Notes: a model not told the origin generated them from the letters alone. DNA of 64,000 nucleotides from an uncultured Spirochaetaceae bacterium (GCA_944389075.1 CALXLA010000038.1:23560-87559); one strand, 5' to 3'; positions 19,630 to 27,005 are shown, counted from the first letter of the stretch. Made by a program: numbers and translations.

Positions 19630-20333
19630 TTTACCATAGCGCGATATTCTACCCGGAAGACAAGGATGAGCTGAGGAAGCTTGCGTCCATCGATGAGAGA
19701 AAGGAGGAAGGCTCTGCATTCATACTTCCCCAGATGATGCTGTCACGCTCTGCTTTCCTGTACAGGCAGGTATTCGGGAGGATATCAGATGGGCGCGAGA
19801 TCACGCTCATAGTACCGCTCCGCAGGGAGATGCTTGAGAAAGACAGAGGCAGTCTCTTCTTCCAGCCGGAGCCAAGGACCGAGCATTTCTTCACAGGAGA
19901 TATACGGATTCTTGACTCAGGGCTGCCCATAAGCCGGGAATATGAGGCGGAGGAATATGGTCAGGAACTCCTCTACCCTTTCATTTCCATAGATAATCCA
20001 CATTCAGCTCTTCGTGTTGTATACAGTTATGCGGTATCATCAGAGGATGTGAAGAAGCTTGAGGCACTGCTGAGGAGATTCTCCGGTTCCGTGTTCATCA
20101 TCGCATCCAATATGACAGGACCGACTGACAAGCCGGATGATGACACACAGAAAATGATATCTCTTCTTGAAAGCGGAGAGAGGCTTCTCGATCTTTACAG
20201 GAAAAGGCTGATAAGCTGTCCGGGTACTCCGGCGATTGAAGCTGTCTCGAGGATATTGCCAGGACGCTGGGAGCTTCTCGGGCGCACCGAAGGCGACAAG
20301 GCTGCAGGACACGCGGCGCTTATGAGGAAATGA
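19626..20333 (+). CDS. Memo/AmmeMemoRadiSam-B-like protein, apparently degenerate
   Basis: N-terminal AIFYPEDKDELRKL matches the family's AG.FYP....L. Later blocks align loosely (ILPQMM.SRS, YPFIS, IASNMTG), but the canonical His/Asp ligand positions are substituted. ATGA overlaps on both sides. Confidence 0.45.
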   Translation: MIYHSAIFYPEDKDELRKLASIDERKEEGSAFILPQMMLSRSAFLYRQVFGRISDGREITLIVPLRREMLEKDRGSLFFQPEPRTEHFFTGDIRILDSGLPISREYEAEEYGQELLYPFISIDNPHSALRVVYSYAVSSEDVKKLEALLRRFSGSVFIIASNMTGPTDKPDDDTQKMISLLESGERLLDLYRKRLISCPGTPAIEAVSRILPGRWELLGRTEGDKAAGHAALMRK

Positions 20334-21799
20334 ATATGGATATCAGGACAATAGAGATAGAAGGAATCGAGAAAACGGCAATCAGCATAGGGCCTGACGA
20401 TATCACGATCCCGAAGCATCTGATGCAGGGAGAGAAGCAGGCAGGCATCATCATAGACAGCAATGGCACGAAAAGCAGCTGGTACTGGGATGGGATATCA
20501 TCATCGGGAGGCATCAGATACGTATATTTCGGAAAGTGCGAACTACAGGATTTCACGGCACTCTCATCAGCAAGAAGAAGCGATGCACTGAAGATTGTCC
20601 TGCAGATCGCACATGGCCTCATGGATGCGGACAAAAGCTTCCTCAGCCTTTCTTCCGGTGTATTTCCGCTCAACAGGATCTACATCTATAACAGGGATTC
20701 GATCCTGCTCCTGCCTCCAGACCTTGCCGATGTCTTCTCGATGATGGAGACAGATGAGGACAAGCACCGTCATGTGACTGCTGTAATCAGGGGAAATGCA
20801 GAGCAGAACTTCATGCTGATCACGGAAATGGCGGAACTTCTCTATTATGCGGCATCCGGAATACTGCCATTCGAAGCACAGTCTGTAAGGACGGCAGGCT
20901 ACAAGGCAGTTCCTATATCATCAATCGTACCGGAGCTCGATGAGAAGTGCGCGGGCCTCATCACATTCATACTCGGCGCAAAGAGCCGCGAGATGAGGGA
21001 TATAATGGGCAACAGCGATGATGCAAGGAACCTGAGCTGGTTCACGGAACGTGCCTCATCGCTTGAATGGAATCTGGGAGACAGGACAGAAGATGAATGC
21101 AGCAGCGACAGGGAAAGGATCATTTCCGGCAGTCTCTATTCATCATTCATGGAAAACGCAGGCAAAAGAGCAAGGAAAATCGATTTCTGGCGCGTGAAAG
21201 GCACCTTGATAATAATAATCACCCTTGCCGTCCTGATAGGTGGCTACTTCATAGGAAGCTCCATCTACAGGGCCACAAGGCCACCACTCACCGCAGAGCT
21301 GAGCCAAGAGGAGATCATCGCGGATTTCTATCAGGCGCAATCGGATCTTGATGTGCAGAGGCTGACTACGGCAGTCAGGGGCTGCAATGTGCCGCAGGAG
21401 ATGGAAATCACGAATCTCTATGTCACCACAAGAATGCGCTTTGCATATGAGGCACTGGATGTGACAGTCGATGCGGAAGAATGGCTTGCGGAAGGAAAAC
21501 CCGCCATTCCGGAAGGAAGCTTCGTATACGGCATAGTGCTCGATTCGATCGAACCTGATGGCGAAAACAGATATATAGCGACTACGACATGGTATGGTCC
21601 GACATCATATGCCGATGAGGACAGCGCTCCAGAGGGAGATACATCAGCTTATGTATACATGTATGAGGTGAAGCAGGCCTTTGAGTTCACGTGGAATGAC
21701 AGAGGCTGGTGGAACATAACAAATGCGGATATGGTCTCAAGCAGATTCCTGGGGAAGGAAAAGCTAGAGACATATACCGTTGAGAGACAACTGATCTAA
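20330..21799 (+). CDS. Single-pass membrane protein: cytoplasmic pseudokinase-like domain, one TM helix, extracytoplasmic domain
   Basis: 489 aa. Residues around 95-200 resemble a Hanks-kinase C-lobe (ALKIVLQIAHGL...NRIYI...LLLPPDLADVF...ITEMAELLYYAASGILPF) but lack HRD/DFG. TM helix LIIIITLAVLIGGYFIGSSI. W/Y-rich C-terminal domain. No family recognised. Confidence 0.55.
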   Translation: MNMDIRTIEIEGIEKTAISIGPDDITIPKHLMQGEKQAGIIIDSNGTKSSWYWDGISSSGGIRYVYFGKCELQDFTALSSARRSDALKIVLQIAHGLMDADKSFLSLSSGVFPLNRIYIYNRDSILLLPPDLADVFSMMETDEDKHRHVTAVIRGNAEQNFMLITEMAELLYYAASGILPFEAQSVRTAGYKAVPISSIVPELDEKCAGLITFILGAKSREMRDIMGNSDDARNLSWFTERASSLEWNLGDRTEDECSSDRERIISGSLYSSFMENAGKRARKIDFWRVKGTLIIIITLAVLIGGYFIGSSIYRATRPPLTAELSQEEIIADFYQAQSDLDVQRLTTAVRGCNVPQEMEITNLYVTTRMRFAYEALDVTVDAEEWLAEGKPAIPEGSFVYGIVLDSIEPDGENRYIATTTWYGPTSYADEDSAPEGDTSAYVYMYEVKQAFEFTWNDRGWWNITNADMVSSRFLGKEKLETYTVERQLI

Positions 21800-22687
21800 A
21801 GCCGATGCAGCATCATCAGGATCGATGAATACGAAGTCCTTCATCGATGAGGCAAATGTCATCTGCTGCTTTGCATAACGGAAAGAATCCCTGATGATTC
21901 TCTCCTTTATCATTGACAGGCTTTCCTCACCATCAATCCTCGCCTGGAAGAACTCCCTGTATCCTATTCCCTCGACTGCAGGCCATGATAAATCAGCGCC
22001 TGAGCGCGCAAGGCTTCTTATCTCATCATACAGCCCTTCGCTGAACATCTGCTCAACTCTCAGCCCTATCCTTTCCTTCAGCTCTTCCCTGCTTCTCTTA
22101 AGGCAGATAAGCGTGAATGAGATATCATCGCGCACAGCATCAGGCAGAGGGAAAGATGATAACGGCTTCCCGCTCGTACGGAAGACCTCGATTGCCCTGG
22201 ATATCCTGTAATCGTCATTCCTGCCTATGCGCGATGCAGAGACAGGATCTATGTCCTGAAGATATGAGAAAGCCCATTCAAGGCCTTTGTCATCAATCTC
22301 ATCGCGTACAGCCTTGCGTATCGAGGCATCAGCAGCAGGCGTAGATGGCGCACCATAGACAAGATGCTTTATATAGTACATCGTGCCGCCAGTTATCAAG
22401 GGGATGTTCCCGCGTGACCAGATGGATGACATCGCATCTTCCGCATCATGGACAAAATCCCCGGAAGAATAATCCTCCCAGGGATCTTTTATATCAATAA
22501 GATGATGTGGTATCTTCCCCATCAGGGCCTTATCAGGCTTTGCGGAACCTATATCAAGTCCTCTGTATATCTGGACGGAATCCGCATTGATGATCTCAAA
22601 GCCATGAGAGAACAGCGCCTCGGTCATCGCAGTCTTGCCGACTGCAGTAGGCCCTGTCAGGACAACAGCCTTAGGCCTTATCTTCAT
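21764..22687 (-). CDS. miaA: tRNA dimethylallyltransferase
   Basis: P-loop GPTAVGKT, DSVQIYRGLDIGSAKP, HHLID. Start taken at MKIRPKAVVLTGP (22687); the ORF is open to 22711. Confidence 0.9.
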   Translation of the reverse strand: MKIRPKAVVLTGPTAVGKTAMTEALFSHGFEIINADSVQIYRGLDIGSAKPDKALMGKIPHHLIDIKDPWEDYSSGDFVHDAEDAMSSIWSRGNIPLITGGTMYYIKHLVYGAPSTPAADASIRKAVRDEIDDKGLEWAFSYLQDIDPVSASRIGRNDDYRISRAIEVFRTSGKPLSSFPLPDAVRDDISFTLICLKRSREELKERIGLRVEQMFSEGLYDEIRSLARSGADLSWPAVEGIGYREFFQARIDGEESLSMIKERIIRDSFRYAKQQMTFASSMKDFVFIDPDDAASALDQLSLNGICL

Positions 22688-22874
22688 TAGGCTCCTGGTA
22701 CTCGATCTCATTATTCAGGGCACGATCAAGAACAACAGAGACGATCTTCTCCCCGCTTGCTTCTATCTCGCGTCCTTTATCGACAGCAGCATAGATATTC
22801 GCTTCTTCGATAGCTACACAAGTCATCTCATAAACATTTGCCTGGGTATCAATAAGATCTTTAAGCGGAAGCAC
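22671..22874 (-). CDS. Small acidic protein, possible RNA polymerase omega subunit
   Basis: GTG at 22874 is preceded by AAGGAG with 6-nt spacing. The product (M)LPLKDLIDTQANVYEMTCVAIEEANIYA... has the N.YE....A....A pattern of RpoZ. The ORF is open to 22943. Weak assignment. Confidence 0.4.
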   Translation of the reverse strand: MLPLKDLIDTQANVYEMTCVAIEEANIYAAVDKGREIEASGEKIVSVVLDRALNNEIEYQEPNEDKA

Positions 22875-22955
22875 GTCATTCTCCTTATCACAGCAGTCAG
22901 CTGTTATAATAAAAAGCCTAACCAATTCTCCTTCAAGAATCAATCAGGCTTTTAG

Positions 22956-23027
22956 AGCGGGAAACGGGACTCGAACCCGCGACATCCACCTTGGCAAGGT
23001 GGAGCTCTACCACTGAGCTATTCCCGC
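22956..23027 (-). tRNA. tRNA-Gly (anticodon GCC)
   Basis: GCGGGAATAGCTCAGTGGTAGAGCTCCACCTTGCCAAGGTGGATGTCGCGGGTTCGAGTCCCGTTTCCCGCT folds as a cloverleaf: 7-bp acceptor, anticodon arm CCACC/TTGCCAA/GGTGG, T-loop TTCGAGT. No encoded CCA. Confidence 0.9.
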
Positions 23028-23058
23028 AAGTTTTATGAACACCTCCAGTAAAAGAGGT

Positions 23059-23138
23059 TGCGAGAGAAGGGACTCGAACCCTTAAACCGAAGTACTAGTT
23101 CCTAAGACTAGCGTGTATACCAATTCCACCACTCTCGC
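23059..23138 (-). tRNA. tRNA-Leu (anticodon TAG)
   Basis: GCGAGAGTGGTGGAATTGGTATACACGCTAGTCTTAGGAACTAGTACTTCGGTTTAAGGGTTCGAGTCCCTTCTCTCGCA. Anticodon arm CTAGT/CTTAGGA/ACTAG, an 11-nt variable region, T arm AAGGG/TTCGAGT/CCCTT. Confidence 0.85.
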
Positions 23139-23149
23139 GGTGTTTGATA

Positions 23150-23222
23150 TGAGCCGCAAAGGGATCGAACCTTTGACCCGCAGATTAAGAGTCTGCTGCT
23201 CTACCAGCTGAGCTAGCGGCCC
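23150..23222 (-). tRNA. tRNA-Lys (anticodon CTT)
   Basis: GGGCCGCTAGCTCAGCTGGTAGAGCAGCAGACTCTTAATCTGCGGGTCAAAGGTTCGATCCCTTTGCGGCTCA. Anticodon arm GCAGA/CTCTTAA/TCTGC. Confidence 0.9.
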
Positions 23223-23231
23223 AAATTGCTT

Positions 23232-23304
23232 TGCGCCCAGTAGGACTCGAACCTACAACCTGCGGATTCGAAGTCCGACGCTCTATCCTTTGAGCTATGA
23301 GCGC
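23232..23304 (-). tRNA. tRNA-Arg (anticodon TCG)
   Basis: GCGCTCATAGCTCAAAGGATAGAGCGTCGGACTTCGAATCCGCAGGTTGTAGGTTCGAGTCCTACTGGGCGCA. Anticodon loop CTTCGAA, with one 27-43 mismatch in the stem. Confidence 0.85.
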
Positions 23305-23329
23305 GTCCCCTACAGGGAGCAAGTAGTTG

Positions 23330-23402
23330 GGTGGAAGAAGGGGATCGAACCCTCGACAAGCAGATCCACAATCTGCCGCTCTACCGCTGAACTACTTCCA
23401 CC
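23330..23402 (-). tRNA. tRNA-His (anticodon GTG, with encoded G-1)
   Basis: GGTGGAAGTAGTTCAGCGGTAGAGCGGCAGATTGTGGATCTGCTTGTCGAGGGTTCGATCCCCTTCTTCCACC. The extra 5' G pairs with C73, which is the hallmark of tRNA-His. Confidence 0.9.
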
Positions 23403-23446
23403 ATTTAGGATGCGTGGCGTTCAACCAAGCAATTTCAACATGGAAG

Positions 23447-23475
23447 AATATGACAGAAAGCAACTTATTTGTCAA
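23447..23475 (-). promoter_or_regulatory. Candidate sigma70-type promoter for the tRNA cluster
   Basis: On the reverse strand: TTGACA (23475-23470), a 17-nt spacer, then CATATT (23452-23447), about 45 nt upstream of tRNA-His. Confidence 0.4.
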
Positions 23476-23542
23476 CAGTTTTGCAGAAAAAGAATCAAAA
23501 TTTTTATCTCTTTTCACTGCAAGCAATTATCATGGGCAGTCA

Positions 23543-23905
23543 TTATCCCGCGATAATTTCCTTGACCTTATACCCCGCTTTCTCCACGGCATTCCTCAGC
23601 TCATAATCCTCAACGCTTCTGTCGAGAGCGACATGGGCGATACCCGACTTGAAATCGACCTCAGCAGAAACGCCATCCATAGCCTCAAGCACGTTTTTGA
23701 CACGGATACCGCAATTAGCGCAGTGCATGCCTTCAATTCTTATATCACGCCTTGCCATGACAGGCCCGTCAAGTTTCCTGGAGGCAGTCCTGACAGGCTT
23801 TCCGCCTCCGCAGCATCCGCCTTCGCCTCTGAAATGTCTCATGCTGCCTTTTGCGGCAAAAGCAAGCAATACTGCGACCACTGCAATGATGATAACATCA
23901 ACCAT
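23543..23905 (-). CDS. Membrane-anchored Cys-rich / heavy-metal-associated (HMA) domain protein
   Basis: TM helix VDVIIIAVVAVLLAFAA, a GGCCGGG cluster, then an HMA fold with GMHCANCG (MxCxxC). Its ATG overlaps the stop of the preceding mini-ORF (ATGGTTGA). Confidence 0.8.
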   Translation of the reverse strand: MVDVIIIAVVAVLLAFAAKGSMRHFRGEGGCCGGGKPVRTASRKLDGPVMARRDIRIEGMHCANCGIRVKNVLEAMDGVSAEVDFKSGIAHVALDRSVEDYELRNAVEKAGYKVKEIIAG

Positions 23906-24038
23906 AATATTTCCTATCCTTCCGCTTTCCGGCAGCTTTGCGTATAAGCTTTGCTACCATATATACACCTACGCCGATGAAATATATGGCAAGCAAGATG
24001 ATGACCATGAAGAGCATCGAAGATGAGCTATCACCCAT
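23898..24038 (-). CDS. 46-aa single-TM mini-protein (not in the ORF track)
   Basis: MGDSSSSMLFMVIILLAIYFIGVGVYMVAKLIRKAAGKRKDRKYYG. GAGAGG lies 5 nt upstream. Its start overlaps the upstream stop (AATGGGTGA), and its stop overlaps the HMA gene ATG. Confidence 0.5.
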   Translation of the reverse strand: MGDSSSSMLFMVIILLAIYFIGVGVYMVAKLIRKAAGKRKDRKYYG

Positions 24039-24204
24039 TTTTCCTCTCAAGCTCCTTTTCTATCATCTGATTGATATGCATGGCACTGCATCCAGAGCAG
24101 CCAGCACATGAACCGGAACAAGATGAGGACTTTTTCCTCATCACTCTGGATATGACATATACGCACCATGCACCGATTGCGATCAATATAATAAAATCAG
24201 CCAT
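24031..24204 (-). CDS. FeoB-associated Cys-rich membrane protein (57 aa, not in the ORF track)
   Basis: MADFIILIAIGAWCVYVISRVMRKKSSSCSGSCAGCSGCSAMHINQMIEKELERKNG. SD AAAGGAGA upstream, 49 nt downstream of feoB. A TM helix followed by a Cys cluster is the defining layout of this family. Confidence 0.7.
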   Translation of the reverse strand: MADFIILIAIGAWCVYVISRVMRKKSSSCSGSCAGCSGCSAMHINQMIEKELERKNG

Positions 24205-24253
24205 CGGATCTCCTTTCTATGAGATGAGGCAGGAATATCCTGCCTCCGGTCTC

Positions 24254-26437
24254 TTATACAGTTGCTGCATTGACAGATCTTCTTGAATAAACCTTCTCGT
24301 TCTTATAAGGATCAGGACGGAACAGCATGAAGAGCATTACCGCAAGAAGGATAAATGCGACAGCTGTCCATGCGCCGAATACGCCTGTAAGCGCAAGAAG
24401 ACCTATCTGATAGACTATCAGCGAAACAACGTAAGCGAATACATTCTGGAAGATTATCGCGAACCAGAACCATTTCCTCGACTGCATCTGCTGAGCCATC
24501 GTCGCGATAGCTGCAAGACATGGGGAATCGAGCAGATTGAAAAGCATGAACGAGAATGCGGCAATCGCTGTCGGGAACCAGGCACCTATAGCACCTGCTA
24601 CCGCAATAGAATCCTCCGCCAGATCCTCTGACACATTCGCAAGAACACCCATCGTGGAAACTATAGCCTCCTTCGCCGTGAATCCGGAGAGGGATGCGGC
24701 AACAGGCTGCCACTGGCCGAATCCAAGAGGTGCGAATACAGGAGCGATAGCACCGCCTATGACCGCCAGGATACTGTCATTGCTATCCTCGACAAGCCCG
24801 AAGCCATCCGGTCCGAAACCGAATCCTGAAAGGAACCACATAACGACACATGCAAGGAAAAGGATAGTACCGGCTTTCACGATGAATCCCTTGAGCCTTT
24901 CCCATACATGAAGAAGGACAGTGCGTGCGGAAGGGATATGGTAAGCCGGGAGCTCCATGACAAACGGAGCAGGCTTTCCGCTGAACGGCTTAGTCTTCTT
25001 CAGGATTATCGCAGATACAAGGACAGCGGCAATGCCTATGAAGTACATTGCAGGAGCAACCCATGCAGATGCAACATAGCCAGATACCTCTCCCGCGATG
25101 ACACCTCCCATAAGGGCGATAACAGGAAGCTTCGCACCACATGGTATGAATGTCGCAGTCATGATCGTAAGGCGTCTGTCGTTATCCTGCTCTATCGTCC
25201 TCGATGCCATGATGCCGGGAATTCCGCATCCGGATGAGATAAGCAGAGGAATGAAGCTCTTGCCTGAAAGACCGAAATGCCTGAACACCCTATCCATGAC
25301 GAAAGCAATCCTGACCATGTAGCCACAATCCTCGAGTATAGAGAGGAACAGGAAAAGAATCGCCATCTGGGGAACAAATCCAAGTACTGCGCCAAGACCT
25401 CCGACAATACCATCGATGACAAGGCTCTGCACGACATCGCCAGCACCGATAGCCCCAAGTCCTGAAGCAAAGAGATCCTGAACCCAGACCACAAACACAT
25501 CATTCGTCCAGTCCGTAACCCAGGTGCCTATTGTAGTGACGGATACATAGTAGACAAGGAACATGACGAGGATGAAGATCGGAATACCGAGGATCCTGTT
25601 TGTCACAATAGTGTCTATCCTATCAGAGATGGACATCCCGGCATTGCCTTTCCTCACGCATGTGGAGACAATCTGCTGGATATATTTATAGCGGCCATCA
25701 GTGATTATCGACTCCATGTCGTCATCATGATTCTTCTCGATAGCCTTCCTCGCCTCTTCCGCAGTTCTGGAAAGCGCCGAAGAAGAGAGCTCTGCCATTA
25801 TCTTCTCATCATTCTCAAGGACCTTCACAGCATACCATCTTGCCTTATCAGGGGTTATGGAGGATGGAAGCTCCTTCCTGACAGCGCTTATGCCTTCCTC
25901 TATATCCTTTGCGAAGATATCCTTCGGAAGCGGCTGCTCATTGCGCTTTGCTGCCTTCACGGCTTCATTGACAACCTCATCAAGGCCTGTCTTCTTAAGA
26001 GCGCTCGTCTCGACGACAGGACAGCCAAGAACCATCGAAAGCCTCTTAACATCGATCTTAAGGCCACGCTTCTCAAGAAGGTCCGCCATATTGAGCGCAA
26101 TCACGACAGGAATGCCTGTCTCTATAAGCTGAGTCGTCAGATAGAGATTCCTCTCGATATTCGTGGCATCCACGAGATTGATTATCGCATCTGGATGCTC
26201 ATTAAGGAGATAACTGCGGCTCACTACTTCCTCAAGCGTATACGGAGAAAGCGAATAGATTCCAGGAAGATCCGTGACTATGATCTCCTCATTCTTCCTG
26301 CTCCTGATCCTGCCTTCCTTCTTCTCTACAGTCACTCCCGGCCAGTTGCCTACATACTGGTTGGCTCCTGTCAGGGCATTGAACATAGTGGTCTTTCCGC
26401 AATTCGGATTACCGGCAAGCGCGATTCTGAGTCCCAT
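24254..26437 (-). CDS. feoB: Ferrous iron transport protein B
   Basis: 727 aa. N-terminal G-domain GNPNCGKTT / DLPG / NMAD, followed by a polytopic membrane domain. Confidence 0.95.
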   Translation of the reverse strand: MGLRIALAGNPNCGKTTMFNALTGANQYVGNWPGVTVEKKEGRIRSRKNEEIIVTDLPGIYSLSPYTLEEVVSRSYLLNEHPDAIINLVDATNIERNLYLTTQLIETGIPVVIALNMADLLEKRGLKIDVKRLSMVLGCPVVETSALKKTGLDEVVNEAVKAAKRNEQPLPKDIFAKDIEEGISAVRKELPSSITPDKARWYAVKVLENDEKIMAELSSSALSRTAEEARKAIEKNHDDDMESIITDGRYKYIQQIVSTCVRKGNAGMSISDRIDTIVTNRILGIPIFILVMFLVYYVSVTTIGTWVTDWTNDVFVVWVQDLFASGLGAIGAGDVVQSLVIDGIVGGLGAVLGFVPQMAILFLFLSILEDCGYMVRIAFVMDRVFRHFGLSGKSFIPLLISSGCGIPGIMASRTIEQDNDRRLTIMTATFIPCGAKLPVIALMGGVIAGEVSGYVASAWVAPAMYFIGIAAVLVSAIILKKTKPFSGKPAPFVMELPAYHIPSARTVLLHVWERLKGFIVKAGTILFLACVVMWFLSGFGFGPDGFGLVEDSNDSILAVIGGAIAPVFAPLGFGQWQPVAASLSGFTAKEAIVSTMGVLANVSEDLAEDSIAVAGAIGAWFPTAIAAFSFMLFNLLDSPCLAAIATMAQQMQSRKWFWFAIIFQNVFAYVVSLIVYQIGLLALTGVFGAWTAVAFILLAVMLFMLFRPDPYKNEKVYSRRSVNAATV

Positions 26438-26446
26438 ATGCCCTCC

Positions 26447-26665
26447 TTAGCCTACGATGACGCACTCAGCGTCATTTTTCCTGACAGAGAGCTCATAGCC
26501 CCTGACCGTAATCTCAACAGGATCGCCAAGAGGTGCTACCTTCCTTATATATAAGGACGTGCCCTTTGTGATTCCCATATCCATGATGCGTCTCTTGTAC
26601 GCGCCATCACCGGCAATGGAGAGCACTTTCACAGTACTTCCGATCTTTGCCTCCCCCAATGTCAT
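26447..26665 (-). CDS. feoA: FeoA-family protein
   Basis: 72 aa, SH3-like FeoA pattern (L.....G..v.V..i.....RRIMDMGI..G....v....P.GDPV). Confidence 0.85.
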   Translation of the reverse strand: MTLGEAKIGSTVKVLSIAGDGAYKRRIMDMGITKGTSLYIRKVAPLGDPVEITVRGYELSVRKNDAECVIVG

Positions 26666-26680
26666 ATATTCCTCCCGCGA

Positions 26681-26890
26681 TCACACAAGTATGTGTCTCG
26701 CCATTTCACTGTTTATTGCGACTCTGGAGTCCTTGACACCTACAATCACATTGCCACCGATTGATGAAATCAAAGTAACTTCAGTCCCTGCGATAAAGCC
26801 GAGATTCTCAAGAAAGCGGCGGACATCCATGTCTCCGCTGACTCTTTTCACGAATGCTTTATTGCCCTGTCCGATAAGATTCAAAGGCAT
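26681..26890 (-). CDS. feoA: FeoA-family protein (second, tandem copy)
   Basis: 69 aa with the FeoA pattern (RRFLENLGFIAGTEVTLIS). SD GGAGG upstream. Confidence 0.85.
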   Translation of the reverse strand: MPLNLIGQGNKAFVKRVSGDMDVRRFLENLGFIAGTEVTLISSIGGNVIVGVKDSRVAINSEMARHILV

Positions 26891-26918
26891 CGTATATGTT
26901 CCTCCAGTTACCCCTTGA

Positions 26919-26958
26919 TAACCAAGGTTAGTTTAGGCTTCTCTGAGTTAGCTGTCAA
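26919..26958 (-). promoter_or_regulatory. Candidate feo promoter with inverted repeat at the -10/+1 region
   Basis: On the reverse strand: TTGACA (26958-26953), 17 nt, then TAAACT (26935-26930). It abuts the inverted repeat TAACCttGGTTA (26930-26919). Confidence 0.35.
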
Positions 26959-27005
26959 CAACTCAGATGATGCAGCAATCGCTTTTTGCTGCTATTATTG
27001 GAATC

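Noticed and set aside
23290-23947. Plus-strand ORFs of 88 aa (23290-23556) and 206 aa (23327-23947).
   Set aside because: They run through tRNA-Arg/His on the opposite strand and antisense through the HMA gene. They have no SD and no recognisable motifs, so I treat them as spurious.
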